Below, one piece after another: positions 60,227 to 64,000 of a DNA stretch of 64,000 nt. Where the stretch lies: the NCBI GenBank assembly GCA_003218535.1, contig QHNV01000080.1:9532-73531 (forward strand), in the 5' to 3' direction. Made by a program: the position numbers and the translations under genes. This DNA is from Verrucomicrobiota bacterium. Lineage in GTDB: Bacteria; Verrucomicrobiota; Verrucomicrobiia; Chthoniobacterales; UBA10450. The stretch's first letter is position 1, and every line of letters begins with the position of its first letter. Under the pieces are notes generated by a model, which saw only the letters and a list, made by a program, of their open reading frames with translations, was not told where the DNA came from and did no database searches.

Positions 60227-61105
60227 TCAACTTGATCGCTTTTTGCGAGCGCGCACTTCCAATTGATGCGCTTTGCGCACCTGACCTAGGGAACGCAAGA
60301 GATCAGCATAATTAGACACGACAATGTCATAATCTTTGGACGGCTTATCTTCCACCTGTTCCCAGCCCTTGAGCGAGGATTGATACAGCTCCGCCGCCTT
60401 GGCGTAATCGCCGCGTGAATGATAGACTACTGCCAGGTTGCATTTCGATTGCGCGATGTCGGCGATCGGCGCCGGATGCAGTTTCTCTCGGATCGCCAAT
60501 GCGCGCAGATGTAATTTCTCCGCTTCGGTGTATCGCCGTTCGTTCGTATAAAACACCGCGAGGTTGTTAAGCACCGATGCTACATCGGCGTGGTCGGTTC
60601 CGAGTTGCTTCTCATAAATCTCCAAAGCGCGGAGGTAACATGGCTCTGCCGCCTTTTGCCGGCCGGACTTGCGCAGAATAAGAGCAACATTGTTTAGCAT
60701 GGTCCCGATGTCTGAATACGGAACGTCTTCGACTTCGGTTCCGGCAGCGATTGCTTTCTGGTAGAAATCGATCGCTTCTTCAGATTGACCAAGACTGTCG
60801 AACAACAAGGCCAGTCGTCGCGCCGAGCGGTAGACCGCGCGCTGATCTGGTGGGTTTGCCTTCTCCAAGATCACGTGCGCCTTGAGTAAATACGCTTCGG
60901 CTCCCGCGTGATCTCCTTTTTGTTCGAGGAGCTGGCCTAATTTCTCAAAACTGGTGGCTAGTGCAGCCTGGTTGTCTTTAAACGCGCGTCTGGCGACTTC
61001 AAGGGCGGTCTCGGCGACGCGAATTGCCTGCGGGAGACGGTTTGTCGCGCGGAGGTTATCAAGCTTATCGTTGAGGATGGCCCAAAGCTTCTCTTCACCC
61101 TTCAT
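60227..61105 (-). CDS. tetratricopeptide-repeat protein
   Basis: 292 aa of consecutive TPR-like units (…LNNLAVFYTNERRYTEAEKLHLRALAI…). Confidence 0.7.
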   Translation of the reverse strand: MKGEEKLWAILNDKLDNLRATNRLPQAIRVAETALEVARRAFKDNQAALATSFEKLGQLLEQKGDHAGAEAYLLKAHVILEKANPPDQRAVYRSARRLALLFDSLGQSEEAIDFYQKAIAAGTEVEDVPYSDIGTMLNNVALILRKSGRQKAAEPCYLRALEIYEKQLGTDHADVASVLNNLAVFYTNERRYTEAEKLHLRALAIREKLHPAPIADIAQSKCNLAVVYHSRGDYAKAAELYQSSLKGWEQVEDKPSKDYDIVVSNYADLLRSLGQVRKAHQLEVRARKKRSS

Positions 61106-61109
61106 CTCA

Positions 61110-61613
61110 TCACCACCCCTCGCTTAGTTGAGAAACTAATCGGGTGGCGAGATCCTCAGTGGCGAGCGGCAGGGCTTGTCGTTCGTCAGTCGTTACATCG
61201 CTGCTGACGAAAAAGCTGGTGGTACCGACTGTTTCAACAGGGCCAGCCAGCTGTTTGCCGTCTCGCGTAGTCAACGAATACTTTACGGTAAGCGCCAAAT
61301 TAAACTCAGTTGTGGCGAGCACATTACCGCGCACCGAGCGCGCGGGCAGTCGCGTGATACGAGCTATTTCACCGGTCAAGGTAGCGTCTGCCTTGTCGTC
61401 ACTTGTAATCTGAAAAGTGCCATCCTGTTGGAGTTGCTTGATCACTGTATCAGTGACCAAAACCTCAATGCGTGGCACAAGCGTGCGATTTTTGAACGTG
61501 GGCACCGCAATCGAGTGGACGTCGCGCAGGTAGTATGGCTTTACCGGCCCTACGTGGTAGCCAAGGCAACCAGAAACCGCGAGGCAGCAGATTGTCGCAA
61601 GTGAGGCTTTCAA
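61110..61613 (-). CDS. lptE: LptE-like LPS-assembly lipoprotein
   Basis: Lipobox LAVSGC, then HSIAVPTFKNRTLVPRIEVLVTDTVIKQL..., typical of LptE. Overlaps the bamD stop. Confidence 0.65.
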   Translation of the reverse strand: MKASLATICCLAVSGCLGYHVGPVKPYYLRDVHSIAVPTFKNRTLVPRIEVLVTDTVIKQLQQDGTFQITSDDKADATLTGEIARITRLPARSVRGNVLATTEFNLALTVKYSLTTRDGKQLAGPVETVGTTSFFVSSDVTTDERQALPLATEDLATRLVSQLSEGW

Positions 61614-62866
61614 GGCGCCGGTGAGGCGGACGATTCGGGGGAAGCCGATGCTTCGGACGCGTTGGAAGGATCAGAGCTTGTGCTCGTCCCGGGCAAAGGC
61701 AAAAGAGGTTCAGGGGCAGTAGTGGTATCGGGCGCGAGCGAAGCCGGCGGGGGAAGTGAGCTGTCCGATTCTGACGAAGGCAAAGGCGCCTCATTATTCG
61801 GTGCGCTGGGCCTGGCGTTCCCGGTTCCTGCGCTACGCGCTTCCTGCGCATCGGTTTTCTTCTTAACGTTTTGTGACACGGGAATCGCCGGCTGAAGTCT
61901 AGCATCGCCGAATTTTGCGCGAAGCTGATCGATCCGTTTCTTCGCCTCGCTGCTTTCCTTTGAGCCCGGCTGCTGACGGATCACTTCGTTGTAGTAAATG
62001 ACGGCAGCGCGATAGTATTTTTGCTTGTCGTAAAATTTTGCGACTTTGTAGGAATTGCTTGTCTGTTTGTGCTCAAGGATATCGAGATCCTTGCGCGCCT
62101 GCGGCGCTTTCTCGCTTTTGGGATAGTGGAAAAGGAAATCTTGGAAAGCTGTTTTCGCATTGCCTGCGGCAGCAGCGTCGTTTGTGCCTAGTTGCGCGGC
62201 CGCAAACCAGATGTAGCCGATTTGATATTGGGCATCGACGACTATCGGCTCGTTCGGAAACTTGTCTACCACCGCCTGGTAGGCTTGGATAGCTGCATCG
62301 TTAGCTCCCTGCTTCTCACGCGCAAGGCCAATATCAAATTGCGCTCGCGCCGTGTACTTTCCATACGGGGCTGTGCGGACAACATCCGCGAAAATAGTCA
62401 CCGCACGATCCAGCGCAGACGCGACTGGGATCCCCAAGACCTTCAATTTTTTTCCATTCAGATAAATTTCACCTGCGCGGAATTGCCCCTCGATAGCTTC
62501 ATCAAAATGCGCGCTGCTCGGATATCTTTCCACCAACTGAAGATATGAATTAGCGGCCGGAGTGTATTGGCGGGTCTGTTCCTGCAATTGAGCGGCGCGA
62601 TAAAGAGCCGTCGGAGCCAGCGCGTCTTTGGGATGACGTTTGACCAGGCTCTTGTAAGCCCGGATCGCCCGTTTAAGATCGCCGCCTTTTTCCGCGTTCT
62701 GTCCGACTTGATACAGCTCCGCTGCATCGCCGCTCATCTCTTCTTCGCCCGGAGCCACGTACTTCGCTTTTTTGCCCGGTTCAAAGATGATGGAAGCGAT
62801 GCCCAGTTCGGGTAAAACCAGCAGTGTGACAGCGATAACCAAAATGGCGCGAATCAGCGGTTGCAT
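61610..62866 (-). CDS. bamD: BamD-like outer-membrane assembly TPR protein with Ser/Pro-rich tail
   Basis: Signal/anchor sequence, repeated TPR-like units (…AIRAYKSLVKRHP…, …YQAVVDKFPNEP…, …FYDKQKYYRAAVIYYNEVI…). Confidence 0.65.
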   Translation of the reverse strand: MQPLIRAILVIAVTLLVLPELGIASIIFEPGKKAKYVAPGEEEMSGDAAELYQVGQNAEKGGDLKRAIRAYKSLVKRHPKDALAPTALYRAAQLQEQTRQYTPAANSYLQLVERYPSSAHFDEAIEGQFRAGEIYLNGKKLKVLGIPVASALDRAVTIFADVVRTAPYGKYTARAQFDIGLAREKQGANDAAIQAYQAVVDKFPNEPIVVDAQYQIGYIWFAAAQLGTNDAAAAGNAKTAFQDFLFHYPKSEKAPQARKDLDILEHKQTSNSYKVAKFYDKQKYYRAAVIYYNEVIRQQPGSKESSEAKKRIDQLRAKFGDARLQPAIPVSQNVKKKTDAQEARSAGTGNARPSAPNNEAPLPSSESDSSLPPPASLAPDTTTAPEPLLPLPGTSTSSDPSNASEASASPESSASPAP

Positions 62867-62979
62867 CCAGGTGTGGCAGGGTAGTTAAGTTATCCAGCCC
62901 GTCAAGTTTTCAGCACTGTCTTCGCCTCCTGATGTGAGATCTTTTCCGCCGGACAAAACCGAATAATTTCTCGATCCGT

Positions 62980-63729
62980 TTGAATCTCATCGACCAGCAA
63001 AAAATCCGCATCGGCTCGTGCGCCTGGAGCTTCGACGACTGGCGCGGTGTCTTTTATCCACACGATTTGCCGGAGTCACATTGGCTGCAATTTTATGCCC
63101 AGTATTTCCCCACCATTGAAGTGGACTCGACGTTTCACGCTGCTCCTGCGGAAAACAGCGTTCTTGGACAAAAGCTCCAGGTGATCCTCATTCAGCTCCC
63201 GCCTTCTCTGACTCCGGATGATGGCAAACAGGCATTGCGCAAATTTCTTGTGCAATTGCCGCGGGATCTCCGATTTGCAATCGAATTTCGACATGCCGGG
63301 TGGCATCGGCCGCAGTTTATCCGTTTGCTGGAAAAGTATCGCATCTGTTGGGTTTGGACCGACACGACCCCGCTCAACGAGCGAAATCTTGCTCCCTTCG
63401 AGTTTTTGCCTTGCACCGCCGATTTTGTTTACTTGCGACTGCTTGGTGACTACGCAACCAAGTACGACGTCGATGGTGGCCACGTCCATCGTTACGGAAA
63501 ATTACTTTGGAAACGCGAGGCAGCATTGGAAAGCTGGTCTCTGAAAATTCAGCGGCATTTTCCAGACGTGCGCAGCGTGTGGGCATTTGCCGGCAATCAC
63601 TTCGAAGGATTCGCGCCCGAGACCTGCCAACGTCTTGCCCAGCGCCTTGGCTTTGATCTTGCGCTACCTTCCCAATGCCAGCAGGCATTTTCGGCAGACA
63701 CACGGTCGCAGCTTGATCTAGACCTGTAG
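62980..63729 (+). CDS. DUF72 family protein (appears to lack ~45 internal residues, see findings)
   Basis: IRIGSCAWSFDDWRGVFYP, ...FPTIEVDSTFH..., ...ILIQLPPSL..., ...AIEFRHAGW.... TTG start. Confidence 0.75.
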   Translation: MNLIDQQKIRIGSCAWSFDDWRGVFYPHDLPESHWLQFYAQYFPTIEVDSTFHAAPAENSVLGQKLQVILIQLPPSLTPDDGKQALRKFLVQLPRDLRFAIEFRHAGWHRPQFIRLLEKYRICWVWTDTTPLNERNLAPFEFLPCTADFVYLRLLGDYATKYDVDGGHVHRYGKLLWKREAALESWSLKIQRHFPDVRSVWAFAGNHFEGFAPETCQRLAQRLGFDLALPSQCQQAFSADTRSQLDLDL

Positions 63730-64000
63730 CGGTAGCTCGGCGCGCTTGTGCTTTTGGAAAATGCAGACGTGGCGGACGCCGAAAGCACTGATCTTGCGCG
63801 CGAGCCTCGCAAAGTTTTCACCCAACTGAACATGCGAGTGTGCGTCGGAGGCGGTCGTGAGCGGAATTCGCTTGCCTATTGCCAGCTCGATAATTGGATC
63901 GCTGGGATAGAGTTCGTTTATTGGCTTGCGCCAGCCGGCGGTGGAAAGCTCAATCGCGATGTTGCGCCGACGAACAATTTCAAGTGTCTCGCCGATCAAA
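63718..64000 (-). CDS. C-terminal part of PHP-family histidinol-phosphatase-like protein (start beyond right edge)
   Basis: ...IELSTAGWRKPINELYPS...PLTTASDAHSHVQLGENF is a HisJ/HisK PHP C-terminus. The frame is open to the window edge. Confidence 0.65.
   Translation of the reverse strand, partial: LIGETLEIVRRRNIAIELSTAGWRKPINELYPSDPIIELAIGKRIPLTTASDAHSHVQLGENFARLARKISAFGVRHVCIFQKHKRAELPLQV

Overview
This is mostly a core-genome window from a diderm bacterium, as shown by BamD, LptE and three TonB/ExbB/ExbD modules. A Verrucomicrobiota/PVC-like soil organism is only my guess. The window holds the rplA-rplJ-rplL-rpoB-rpoC block, rpsB-tsf, purS/purQ/bioD, leuS, hisS and aspS. It also holds dnaA-dnaN with a probable oriC just upstream of dnaA, two tRNAs (Gly-TCC, Leu-CAG), quinone/lipid/sugar housekeeping genes and a LigD-type ligase. 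I see no rRNA, CRISPR array, transposase, integrase or prophage. I cannot honestly point to a novel multi-gene system such as a defence island. Four things stand out. (1) There are gene lesions that ORF-length annotation would miss. rplJ carries an in-frame TAA with a conserved tail continuing in the same frame. Blocks of roughly 45-50 codons appear to be missing from rpoC, fabF and a DUF72 gene, and a less well sized block (roughly 20-50 codons) from an amidohydrolase. A DUF885 gene is frameshifted. (2) A ~96-nt palindromic MITE/REP-like element occurs twice, once in frame inside ligD and once supplying the hisS stop codon. (3) A 5' remnant of an N6-adenine DNA methyltransferase gene is fused to a DUF4926 gene. 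(4) There are three paralogous TonB-ExbB-ExbD modules. All homology statements come from reading the translations by eye and comparing with remembered reference sequences. No searches were run.
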